In this document: piece by piece, positions 41,786 to 52,739 of the stretch | How positions within the stretch are numbered: position 1 is the stretch's first letter | How the letters are laid out: the number at the start of each line of letters is the position of its first letter | NCBI GenBank assembly: GCA_026770705.1 | Contig: JANJGN010000140.1 | Coordinates: 806,001-870,000, forward strand | DNA from: Isurus oxyrinchus | Lineage: Eukaryota | DNA: 64,000 nt | Direction: 5' to 3' | Position numbers and translations under genes: made by a program | The notes under the pieces: model-generated | Told to the model about the DNA's origin: nothing | What the model saw: the letters and a program-made list of their open reading frames with translations, nothing else | Database searches by the model: none

Positions 41786-43490
41786 AATTCACACAGATTT
41801 ATATGTTTGACTGCAACAAAATGTACCCTCTCTTTGAGTCATCTCTGATAATCTGCCTGTAATTCTTTCCATCCATCCATCCATTACAATATTATAGTGT
41901 GTTGCAGAGATCCTCCAATGAGCCATTGATGCTGACAGGGTGTCAGAGAAGCTGGATAACTTTTCTTTCCTGAGAGATGGGCACAGTCCACATAAGATCA
42001 CAATTTAAAAAATAAAGCTGACTCCAGTGCTGTTGCTGGGTAGATTTGTTATAAATAGGCCTTGTTGACAATGTTAAGGGTTTGAAGTTGGCTTGCAGCC
42101 AAGCGGTCAGTACTGAGGAAACAGATCTTTCATTTACTGCACAAACCCGCAGATGCTTCCTGTAAACAACATTGGACATTCGAGCCTCCCTGCTTGCTGC
42201 CAAATACTGTGTGGGGCAGATTAGTCTGGATATGAATGAACAAAATGGGATTTAGCCATTCAAACAATAAATGTTTATGTCGCACACGAAATGTGCATTT
42301 TAAATGGTATTTCATCAAAGGAAATATTTTAATGAATGCCGTGTTCGCTGAGGTTAAACACGATCAGGAAATTGGCCGTAAACTATTTAATTTATATTAT
42401 TTCTAAGTAAAGGACATTCCAGTTATTAAAGCCGGTTTATTAAGAGCTTCATGAAGTGTGAGAGAGCGAAGTTGATGGTCCCAATCCCCCAGTATAATGA
42501 GATGAGTAGAATAGCAAAAATTAAATTAAATTAAAAGAAAATCATAGAATTGTCTTAAACCCGCAGGAATTCCTTGAATATTCTCAGAGTTCTGCACCTC
42601 ATTTAACCTGAGGGATCTCTTATACCCGATTAGCACCGTGTACTGTACAGTTTAATTTGTGCTGATTTCGATTATTTAACAGTCCCTCTCATAGCTGCCA
42701 ATGAGTGGAGAAATGATCAGTTCATGACCCGCTTCAGTGGAAGATAAAACATTTATTCTTGTGATATTGTGTAATATGCCGCAAAGTCCTGATATTCCCA
42801 ATACCAGTGAATGGTAGACAGCCGGTGGTCAATAGAATTACCTGCAGTGATTTGGATTCTGAAGGATAACTTTGTTGATCTCCGTGTCTGTTCTGATTCA
42901 TTAACTTCCGGTCAAAAGTTGATGTAAATTTTACGTTTCTGTGTAAACTTAATGTTTATTTTTCAGGCAGGCGGGTTTTTTACCGGTAATTTTCAAAGGG
43001 CTGTCATAGGGTCAGGGGCAGTTCGAGAAATGCAAGGAAATACATTGTGCAATGTGAGGAGATTTTTCTTATCTCCGGACCCAAATTGTACAGCGATAAC
43101 CACCCACATTGTTAATAAAATCACTTTGTTCATCTCCCGCATTTAGTTACATAAATCAATAATAATTCCTATGACTAATGATACTTTATTGCTGGAATGA
43201 GATAGAGACCCGGGGTTGCTGCAACACAGACTGACAGTCCCTTTATTCCCTGATAATGTAATTTATTTTTATTAGATTCAGCCCCTTGTGAGGTAGTGTA
43301 GAAATAAATGGGCTTAATTTACAGTGGAATTATATTTTTACAGATGCTCAACTGTAATTTCACCATTAGAACCACTGGAGACTTTATAATAAATCCACTC
43401 AGCAAAATATCCCGATACAGATAAAACGTCCACTTTTAACAAAAAACTATTGTAAACATCTGAGTCCATTCTGTTGGGGATATGGAAGGT

Positions 43491-43573
43491 GGGGCGTGGA
43501 TCTAGTCGCCGCCTTCACCAGGGAATCAACAGCGGCGCCTGGAAACCCGCCCCCTTCTGCCGGGTATTTAAAT
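43491..43573 (+). promoter_or_regulatory. VH promoter (GC boxes + TATA-like box)
   Basis: GGGGCGTGG 43491-43499, CCCGCCCC 43546-43553 and TATTTAAAT 43565-43573, ~90 bp before the leader ATG. No ATGCAAAT octamer, consistent with shark IgH promoters. Confidence 0.75.
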
Positions 43574-43663
43574 GCCGCTCACTGGGACCGGAATCCAACA
43601 GTCCGGGAGTTGGTTTGTTCACTGAGTTCTGGACAGAACTATTTTCCCCAAATGACCAGAAGG

Positions 43664-43709
43664 ATGAGGTCGGCGATTTCTCTCAGTTTGTTGCTGACTT
43701 TCTTATCCC
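43664..43709 (+). CDS. IGHV: IgH V leader exon (MRSAISLSLLLTFLS)
   Basis: Hydrophobic signal peptide with phase-1 donor C|GTGAGT at 43710. An in-frame upstream ATG lies at 43652. Confidence 0.95.
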
Positions 43710-43837
43710 GTGAGTAGTTTTAATTGTCCAAGTCTCTCACTGTTACTGTCTCAGTGTTAGTCTCTCTCTGGAATGTTACAGAGTCAGGAATCAGTTCACC
43801 AGGATTAATCCTCGGGGTTTTTGATATGTTTTTGCAG

Positions 43838-44142
43838 GTGTCCAGTCGGATGTTGTGTTGACACAGCCAGATGCAGAGACCGGGCGTCCCGGAGGTTCCC
43901 TGACACTGACCTGTAAATCCAGCGGCTTCGATCTTGGCAGCAACTACATGATCTGGGTGCGACAGGTTCCCGGACAGGGGCTGGAGTGGTTGGTTAGCTA
44001 CTATAGTTCATCGTACGAATACTACGCCCCAGGAATTAAGGATCGATTTACTGCGTCCAAAGACACTTCAAGAAACACGTGCTCCTTGGACATGACGAGA
44101 CTGAAGACCGAAGACACCGCCATCTATTACTGTGCAACAGAC
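43838..44142 (+). CDS. IGHV: IgH variable segment, germline configuration
   Basis: Acceptor TTTTTGCAG. Reads (R)[10 protein letters not shown]...LTC...[13 protein letters not shown]...[10 protein letters not shown], open frame, followed by an RSS. Confidence 0.97.
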
Positions 44143-44181
44143 CACAGCGAGAGGAACCAGGGCTGGACCCGAACAAGAACA
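44143..44181 (+). promoter_or_regulatory. V 23-RSS
   Basis: CACAGCG + 23 nt + ACAAGAACA. Confidence 0.93.
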
Positions 44182-44550
44182 GATCGAGAGGGACTCAACA
44201 ACTTCCATCATAACATGACGGTCAGTACTTGTTTTAAATGTAATACTAACTGTAATGATCAGGACCAGACAACAAGCCGCTTCTGATAAAAGTAAAACAG
44301 CACATTTAACAGTAAAACTAGCAAACCTGTCGATGTGATGAGCTGAGCTTTTGGCTGTGTTGATATTTACTGTTAACAGTTTCCGCAATTACAGACCTGG
44401 ATATAATGTTCATTTTAATATGTCTGACACTTGGAGGGAGTCTCTTTCCGTTCAATTTTGTAAACTGCTGCATGAATTCCACTGCTATATCAGAAGTAAA
44501 CGTCTATTGAAGTGAATATTGAGAGGCAGCACTGAACAGAGAGAGGGTAC

Positions 44551-44578
44551 AGTTTTTGTGCGGGTGTATTCCACTGTG
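44551..44578 (-). promoter_or_regulatory. D1 5' 12-RSS
   Basis: AGTTTTTGT + 12 nt + CACTGTG. Confidence 0.95.
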
Positions 44579-44595
44579 ATACTACATCAGTGGGT
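44579..44595 (+). CDS. IGHD: IgH diversity segment D1 (ATACTACATCAGTGGGT)
   Basis: 17 nt between two RSS heptamers. All three forward frames are open (ILHQW / YYISG / TTSVG). Confidence 0.95.
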
Positions 44596-44633
44596 CACAG
44601 TGCTGCGCACAGCGACATCCTCATACAAAAACC
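44596..44633 (+). promoter_or_regulatory. D1 3' RSS (22-nt spacer, 23-class)
   Basis: CACAGTG + 22 nt + ACAAAAACC. Confidence 0.95.
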
Positions 44634-44943
44634 ACAGAGAAGGAGTTTGTTTAAATTCATGATCTCTAACACTGCAGGAACGTCAAAGAAAATCATTTTT
44701 AAATAAAATAATGAGTAGAGGTAATTTTGGTTTGTGAAAAGATATAACAGTCTTCCGCTTTGTGCGTGTTGAGTGACACGCTAAATCTGCAAAGAGGTTT
44801 TAAAAGAATTCCAATCACATTGATAAGTATAATGACCAGTACACGCTGAAATATCTCACTGATTCACTTTTAGGCGTGTCGGAATCAGGTTTTTGAGAGC
44901 GCAGTGAAATTAAATCTCTATTTTACAGTTAACAGTCTGCCGC

Positions 44944-44971
44944 AGTATTTGCCATCATGTGTCTCACTGTG
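44944..44971 (-). promoter_or_regulatory. D2 5' 12-RSS (weak nonamer)
   Basis: AGTATTTGC + 12 nt + CACTGTG. Confidence 0.88.
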
Positions 44972-44984
44972 ATATACTGGATGG
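44972..44984 (+). CDS. IGHD: IgH diversity segment D2 (ATATACTGGATGG)
   Basis: 13 nt between two 12-RSSs. All three forward frames are open. Confidence 0.93.
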
Positions 44985-45012
44985 CACAGCAGTTACTGTC
45001 AATACAAAAACC
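44985..45012 (+). promoter_or_regulatory. D2 3' 12-RSS
   Basis: CACAGCA + 12 nt + ACAAAAACC. Confidence 0.93.
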
Positions 45013-45329
45013 CCTCAGCACTAATTGAATCTACCTGGGTCAGTGTTTGCTTTTACAATCCTGCTATATTTACAGTGAAGTATTATTTATGTCCAGAACT
45101 GCCCAAAAAAAGTGGTTTAAGATTGAAAAACTATGATAATTATCCGTTCATTGGTTGGTGATTTCAGTAACATGTTCATGTATTACTCTGAATTATAAAA
45201 CATGAGGATCATTGATGAATAGCTAAAGATATCCACAAACGCAAATATAATTTCGTGAAGATTCATCGCGATCTTACTTTGCCTCTGACTTATGAATGTT
45301 TAAAATTTCTGTCTTTTTCGTGCAGGGAC

Positions 45330-45368
45330 AGTTATTGTATGGCACAGCCCAGGGAATGTAACACTGTG
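45330..45368 (-). promoter_or_regulatory. J 23-RSS
   Basis: AGTTATTGT + 23 nt + CACTGTG. Confidence 0.93.
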
Positions 45369-45416
45369 ACGCTATGGACTACTGGGGACAAGGGACCATG
45401 GTGACGGTGACTGCAG
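45369..45416 (+). CDS. IGHJ: IgH joining segment (AMDYWGQGTMVTVTA)
   Basis: WGQG motif and phase-1 donor G|GTAAGA. Confidence 0.97.
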
Positions 45417-48400
45417 GTAAGAACCACATATTTATTTTTTTACTTGAGTCTTTGCTTTATAATCTTGCCTATTTTAATAATTCATTCGTTCACTGAAACG
45501 TGAGTCTGGTGAGTTCTCTTTGCAGATTATTTTACAATGTTTCATGTGGATGTGCTTAAATTGAATTATATAATTCCACTGTGTCTTGTCAAAAAGTGCT
45601 GCTGAGGGATTCGGTCCCTGGTTGTTGTGATTTGGTGTTTATCTGCTGAGGATAATGTGTGGCCGGGCGACTTGAAATATCTGACGTTTGTTAAAACAGT
45701 TTGACGTTTCTGCAGTGTTTAATCTCGGTGACATCTAATGGCTGCGGGTTTTACCATCTGTTGCACAAGGTTTTAAATAGGTTTGAAATCAAACATCAAA
45801 CCCAATATTAACAAAATATGCTTAAGTTTCAATATTAATTTATTGAACATGTTCCGCCTACTCACAATGCTGTTGATTTTATTCCATATTTCCGTTTAGT
45901 TTAATTATTCATTTATTTAGTGACGAGCGTATTGCCTGGATTCGATATTGAGATTTTCTTGCAATGTTACATTGGATTCTGTTGGAAGTGTTTGTAGAAT
46001 TGAGCTGCTTCTCCATGGAACGGGTTTCAGCCCCTCACTGATGTGATTTGGTGTTTTTCTGCTGAGGAGATTGTGTGTCTGGGTGACTTTGAATAAGTAG
46101 AATTTATGAAACGGTTTGGCGATTCTGCATTGTTTAAACTCGGTGACATTGAGCGGTTACACGTTTTGTCATTGAATGGAAACAGTCTACGCGTTTGTAT
46201 CTGATTGAAGAATGATTGTCGGCAGAAAACAGGCAGGTTTCAGAAATGGGAAAAAAGCGTTTAAAATGTGTTAGAACATTTTGTCTTTATTTTAAGTGAT
46301 AATTGCAGATTAAACTAAACCATGGATTGCGACGCTCATTGAGAACATAATTCGTTACTGTAATCAGACTATATAATTACCAAGTTTTCAAGTTGTAGAG
46401 TAAAATTAATACAATTCAAACAATTATAATGTGGTAATATTTCTCCATATTACGGAACAGCTTTCATATTAACATAATTGATCATTAATCGCCTTTCACA
46501 ACTCTGCTGTGCTCTGCGCACAATTTACATGATCGGGAAAGTTTTTAGGCTGGAAACATTCTGTGATTATGCATGAAATAATTTCAGTAAGAATATACTG
46601 ATTCTACAGATTTGGTCAATTTCACAAGATATTTTGCATTATTTTTTATATCCCTGATAACGTTTGGATTGACTTAAAGAGGAGTTTGACATTGCAGTTT
46701 GGCAATATGTCTATCCGGTTATTACATTCTTCCTGTGCAGCCCTAACCATATTATTCCTTCAATGTCATTGGGATTTGGATAGTGAGATAATTGTCACTA
46801 ATCTAATTTTAAACAGATTTCTGGGGGGTGGAATTCGCTGGCAGTAAATGAATTGTTCTTACTTTTTTTTGAACTTAGGAAGGTGCAGACTGCATATGAA
46901 TAGAGATTGACAAGGAAAAGCTTGAAATTAGAACAGATTAATTTAATTGCAAACATTGTTAGTTTTGAATTTAATAACAACATCCTGTCTACCATAGCTG
47001 TGCTGTACACAGGATAGAATTATAGAGGCAGAACAGATTATAGCTGAGATTCATGCTTAATTCTTATTAAATTGAAGAACAAAATCTCGATTCAATTTGC
47101 TGGTTATATTTCAGTGCCACAGCTGATCTGAATGAATTGTTCTCATCAAGTTTTATATTGATCAATTTGGATCTTCTTTCAATGAACAATATATTTAACA
47201 ATTAAAGAATAGGGATTGTTATCTAGGAAGCAATTTTATTGATAATAAGTAACTGTCAGGAATATTTTTTTTACATATAGCTTAGAGTTAAGACAAGTTT
47301 GCTTTAGCAAACAGATGCTGTTACAGCTCATCGACACTAAATGCGATGTGACCCTGGCCAGATTTGAAAGTATTTCAAATATTCCACTGATAAATTCGCC
47401 CTGTGAATTACTCGATGAGAATACATGGAATTTGTGCTTTCTCAATGCGTTCAGAAACACGCATAGGTTACAATTCTGTTGGTTAAAACAGAGCAGTAGA
47501 AGTAAAAGTAAATCGTGCTTAGATTTCAGTAAAATTGATATACTTGCTTAAATGTTACCATCTAGCAATTTGAAGTTTATTGTTTAACATTGTTTCAGTG
47601 TCAGGTTGATTTAAATAAACCCCAATTATTCCACCAAGTACCAGGGAGAAACAAATTTTCCATTTTTGAAACCATGTTTTAATATTATAGAGTAGAAATC
47701 AGCTAACAAGAAAATGAATTGACAATAACAAGATAAATTATCTTACAATATAATATTAGTGATAATTAATTCAACATAAATGAACTCCAACAATTAAATA
47801 GTATACTGTTCATTATAGTGAATGCAAAATCTCAGTGGAGAGAATTTTTAATTTTATCCGAAATTAATTTAGAAAAGAATACTTTTCTTACTCAGCTGTG
47901 CTCAGCTCGATAAGGTGTTTCACCTCGATGATTTTATTGGTTATATTTATGCCTAAAATCAAATCAAATCAGAGGGTAATTGGTTTTCAATGTGAATGTT
48001 TCCTGATTTCTTTAATTCTTACCCTGTAATTGAGTCTCTGTTACGGACACCAAATTATCCTGAACCTGTAATTTTTGCTGTGCTCATTTTCAGGGTAACT
48101 TAAATCCTCTTTTATTTGGAGATTTGAGACAGATCAGGGAGAATTAGATTAACTTAAAAGGGAATTTTGAAATTAAAATCAGGTTAATTTGAAAGAAGTT
48201 ATAGAATAATTGTAGTAAATAGACTATTGATCAATTGGAATCAGACAGCTTGAATGAAATGAACAGATTGAACAGATCTATCTGCTGGGAACTCGTTTGT
48301 TACACCATTTGAGTCTGTTCTGTTTCTGTGCACGTGGTCACTGTGCTGGGACCAGAAATCTTCCTGGCTGGTTGTAAACCTTCTGGTTCGCTCTCCTGTA

Positions 48401-48719
48401 TTTTATGAAGTGCAATTTGATTTATTTCTTCAAAAAACTTGTATCTGTGAGAAATGTGAAAGTTTGACTTTCTGACCAGCCAACTCAGAAATGAGATACC
48501 CAACCCATTGTCAGAAAGGACAATTCAGAAATGACAGACAGGCTGTCGAAGGAGATTTGATCGATTCTAAACCAGTGATGCACCTGTCTTGGGAGTGTTC
48601 GGTTAGGCAATGCAGAGTGAGTTTTATTCTATTTTAATCCGTGCTGTAGCAAGCCTTGACCTATTTGGTTGGACAGTGTAAAGGAAGAAATTGGCCTGTA
48701 AAATATTGTTAATCCTGTC

Positions 48720-49320
48720 AGAGGATGTTGGGGTCGCTGGCAAGGCCAGCATTTGTTGTCCATCCCTAATTATCCCTTGTGGAAGTGTTGAAATGCCGCC
48801 TCCTTGAATAGCTGCAGGTTCACTCGCAGTGCTGCTAGGTCAGGAGTTCCAGGATTTTGACGTATTCATAGCGAAGGCACAGCGATATGGTTCCAAGTCA
48901 GGATGGTGGGTGCCTTGGAGGGGAGCGTACAGGTGGCGGTGTTCCCAAGCACCTGCTGCCCTTGTCCTTCTAGTTAGGAGAGGTTACAGGTTTTGAAGGT
49001 GCTGCTGATGGAACCTTGGCGTGTTGCTGCAGTGCATCTTGGATATGGCGCACACTGCTGTCACTGTGCGTCGGTGGGAGAAGGAGTGAATGTTTAACGT
49101 CATGGATGGGGTACCAATTCTGTGGGCTGCTTTGTCCTGGATAGTATTGAGTTTCTTGGGGTTTTCTGAGTTTCATTCATTGAGGCAAGTGAAAGCTATT
49201 CAATCCCAGTCCTGACTTGTGCCTTGTAGATGGTGAGTTGTCTTTGGGTGATAGGAGTTGAACTACTCGCTACAGAATTCCCAGCCTCTGACTGGCTCTT
49301 GCAGCCACAGCATTTATATC
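48720..49320 (-). mobile_element. HER1-like LINE 3' fragment
   Basis: Shares the HE1 tail (GTCGCTGGCAAGGCCAGCATTT..CATCCCTAATT) and matches 36330-36730 in reverse. Confidence 0.75.
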
Positions 49321-50092
49321 AAAACTGGATTGAACCCTCTCCTGGACATATTTGATGGGACAATGTAGAGAGAGTTTTATTTTATCTCAAACCAGTGCTG
49401 TACCTGCCCCGAAGTGTTCGACAGTTCAGTGGAGATTTTTCTTTCTGTTGAATCCCACCCTTGCAGCTGATGACAGGAGTGTACTGGGGGAGGAGTGGGG
49501 GCTTTAATCCACATCTTAACTTGTCCTGTTCCTGACCTGAGAGTCTTTTCCCCGCAGAGGTCAAACAAACTGAATCAGCATCGATCTAACTGGCTGTGGG
49601 TTCTTGAACCAGATCTGTGAAAATAAGTTGTTCCATTGCTCTGTTGAAATGATGCACGTTAATTGTTTTAAACAATAGTTCTGGAGAGAACATGTATAAA
49701 TTTTAATGAATTAATTATATTTAACATTTTGAGTATCAGAAAATCATTGAATCTGAGTGACCTGAATTTGAGCACAATTTCAGAACAAACAGAATCAGGG
49801 AGTGACAGTGAGGCTCCAGAGAGCAGCGCCTGTTCTGATCTGATCAGAGGCTGCGAGTTATTTAAATGATTGAAATGGACAATGACCAGGCCCCCGCTCC
49901 AAATAACCAGCCGCTGGGGATTTAGGGAAAAAGGAGCCACCATCAAAAACTGAGTCATTGGATTGCCGCCTGCAGGAGGAGGAATGAATGACAGAAATGA
50001 AAGCATGAGGAGGACATTCGACCCTTTGATCCTGCGCTCCATTCAGTAAGATCATGGCTGATCTACCTCGACACTCAGTCCCTTTACCACAC

Positions 50093-50251
50093 NNNNNNNN
50101 NNNNNNNNNNNNNNNNNNNNNNNNNNNNNNNNNNNNNNNNNNNNNNNNNNNNNNNNNNNNNNNNNNNNNNNNNNNNNNNNNNNNNNNNNNNNNNNNNNNN
50201 NNNNNNNNNNNNNNNNNNNNNNNNNNNNNNNNNNNNNNNNNNNNNNNNNNN
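50093..50251. other. Assembly gap (159 N) inside the J-C intron
   Basis: Run of N. Confidence 1.
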
Positions 50252-50965
50252 CACAAACTGTCTTTAACACGCACACACTCTGTCTCTCACAGATTGCTTC
50301 TCTCTTTCACACACACTCTCACACAGACACTCACATTCTCTCATACACATACACTCTCAATTATATACATTCTCACACACGTACACACTATCTCTCTCAC
50401 ACACATGCACTCTTTCTCACACATGCACTCACACAAATACACACACACACTTCCTCTCTTTTACGCATACCCACTCTTTCTCTCACATACATGCACCCTC
50501 TCTCCCACACACATACACACTCACACATGCATGCACTCTCCATTCTCTCCCTCCCTCACACAGACACAGAAACACAAACACATTCTCTCTCATACACACA
50601 CTTTTTCTCTCACACATGCACTCTCTCTCATTCTCTCTCACACACACACTCTTTCACTCTCTCTCTCTGACAAAAACACTGGCTTTCTCTTTCACACACT
50701 CTTTCTCTCCCACACACACACATTTTCTCTCTCTCACACATTTATACCACCTATCACTCACATCCCTACACACACACTCTCTCTCTCACAGTCACTCTTT
50801 CTCTCACACACATTTGTACATCTCAGACACTCTCACACTTATAATCCCAATGACACGCATATAAAAACATACTCTTCCTCCCTCACATACACTCCCTCTC
50901 ACACACACACTCTTAATCTCCCATACACACATTCTCTATCTCACACAGTCTTGCACTTATACTCC
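50252..50965. repeat. CA/CT low-complexity tract
   Basis: Mixed (CA)n/(CT)n, nearly G-free on the + strand. Confidence 0.95.
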
Positions 50966-50999
50966 CTGAAGAGAGTCGGGGAATGGGCCGTGGAATAAT

Positions 51000-52305
51000 T
51001 GCAGAGAGCTAGGAGGGAAAGGGCAGAGGCAGGGAGGGGTCAAGGGCAGAGAGGCGGCGGGGGCATAGACAGAGAGGTGACGGAGAGGTTAGCAAACTGG
51101 GGAAAAAGGCAGAGAGCTGGGCAAAAGCGCAGTAAACCATAAAGTAAATGCAGAGAGCTGGGGTAGAAAGGACAGAGAGGCGGGAGGGGAAAAAGGCAGA
51201 GAGGCAGGAGGGCGACAGGGCAGGGAGGTGGGGGGAAATAGCAGAGAGCTGGGGTAGAAAGGACAGAGAGGCGGGAGGGGGAAAGGGCAGAGAGGTGGGA
51301 GGGCGACAGGGCAGGGAGGTGGGGGGAAAGAGCAGAGAGGTGGGGGGGAGGAGCGGAAAGGTTATGGGAGGAAAGGGCAGAGAAGTGGGAGGGGGAAAGG
51401 GCAGAGAGGCAGAGGTGGGAGGGCAGAGAGGTGGGAGGGGGAAAGGGCAGAAGGGAGTGGGTGGAAAGGGCAGAGGGGATGAGGTAAAGGGCAGAGCGGT
51501 GGGAGAGGAACAGAGCAGAGAAGCAGGTGCGGAAAAAGGCAGGGAGGCAGGAGGAGGAAAGGGCAAAGAGGTGATGGAAAGGGCGGAGAGGTGAACGAAA
51601 GTGCAGGGAGCCTTGGAGTAAGTGCAGAGAGCTGGGGGTGAAAGGGCAGAGAGGCCGAGGAGGGAAAGGTCAGAGAGGCGGGAGGGCGACAGGACAGGGA
51701 GGTGGGGGATGAAGGGCAGAGAGGCAGGGTGGGTGAGCAGAGAGGTGAGAGAAAGGTCAGCGAATCAGGGAAGAAGTCAGAGAGCCATGGAGTAAATGCA
51801 GAGCTCGGGGAGAAATTACAGAGAGGCAGCAGGGAAAGGGCAGCGTGGTCGAGGGGTGGGGAGAAAGAGCAGAGAGGCGGGAAGGGGGGGAAGTGCAGAG
51901 AAGCAGGAGGGGGAAAGGACAGAGGCGGGAGGGGAAAAGGCCAGAGAGGCGGGAGGGGAAAAGGCCAGTGAGGCGGGAGGGGTAAAGGGCAGAGAAGCAG
52001 GGGGGAAGGGCAAAGGGGAGGGGGAAAGGACAGAGAGGAGGGGTGAAGGGCAGAGTGGAGGGGGTAAAGGGCAGAGCGGTAGGGGGGAACAGGACAGAGA
52101 AGTGAGGGGTGGGATGGGCAAAGAGGCGATGGAAAGGATAGAGAGCCAGGCAGAAGTGTAGAGACCTTGGATTTAATGCAGAGAGCTGGGGGAGAAAGGG
52201 CAGAGAGGCGAGAGGGAAAGGGCAGGGAGGCGGGGGTTGGGGGAAGGGCAGAGTGGCGGGCAAAAGCGCAGAGAGCAGGGCGAGAGCGGGGAGAGCTGGG
52301 TGAAA
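51000..52305 (+). repeat. G-rich polypurine tandem repeat (~20-24 bp units)
   Basis: AAAGGGCAGAGAGGCGGGAGGGGG-type units throughout. Confidence 0.95.
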
Positions 52306-52739
52306 GCAGTTGCGAGCCGATGCACCAGATGCCTTGGGCCCCACTCTCTCTAACTCTCTTTCCCTCATTGTCTCTCCTCCTCCTGAAATCCTTTCCATTC
52401 CCAGAGAAAGGCACTAAGTGCCTGGGATAGAAGGGAGACGATGTCTTCGTGCACTTCCCCCCCCCCCCCCCCCGGCTCCCTGCGCCTTTCTCTATCGGGT
52501 GTTCGCTGCCCCTCCAATCACAACCTGTTTGTCTCCCACTTTTACTGCTGATAGGGCTACTAGCAAACCTATCAGCAGCTAACGGGTCGAAGGCTCACCT
52601 GTGATTGGAGGGGCAGCTCCTTCCAGATATCTTCAACTCCACTTACCCGCCTTACCAGCATTTTGAACAACGGCTCCGGGGGCCAGACAGAGGGGCTTCG
52701 GGGGCCACAATCCAGCCATGGGACATGGATTGGACAAGC

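Noticed and set aside
44128-44134. Cryptic heptamer TACTGTG at the 3' end of VH
   Set aside because: Encoded by the conserved YYCA codons of most VH genes, so not unusual.
48321-48380. Orphan CACTGTG with nonamer-like TGTTTCTGT and TGG downstream, a possible second J
   Set aside because: Spacer is only 9 nt, with no WGxG and no convincing splice donor.
50054-52414. Long ORFs of 314, 350, 213 and 185 aa
   Set aside because: Translations of an N gap and low-complexity CA/CT and GA repeats inside an intron.
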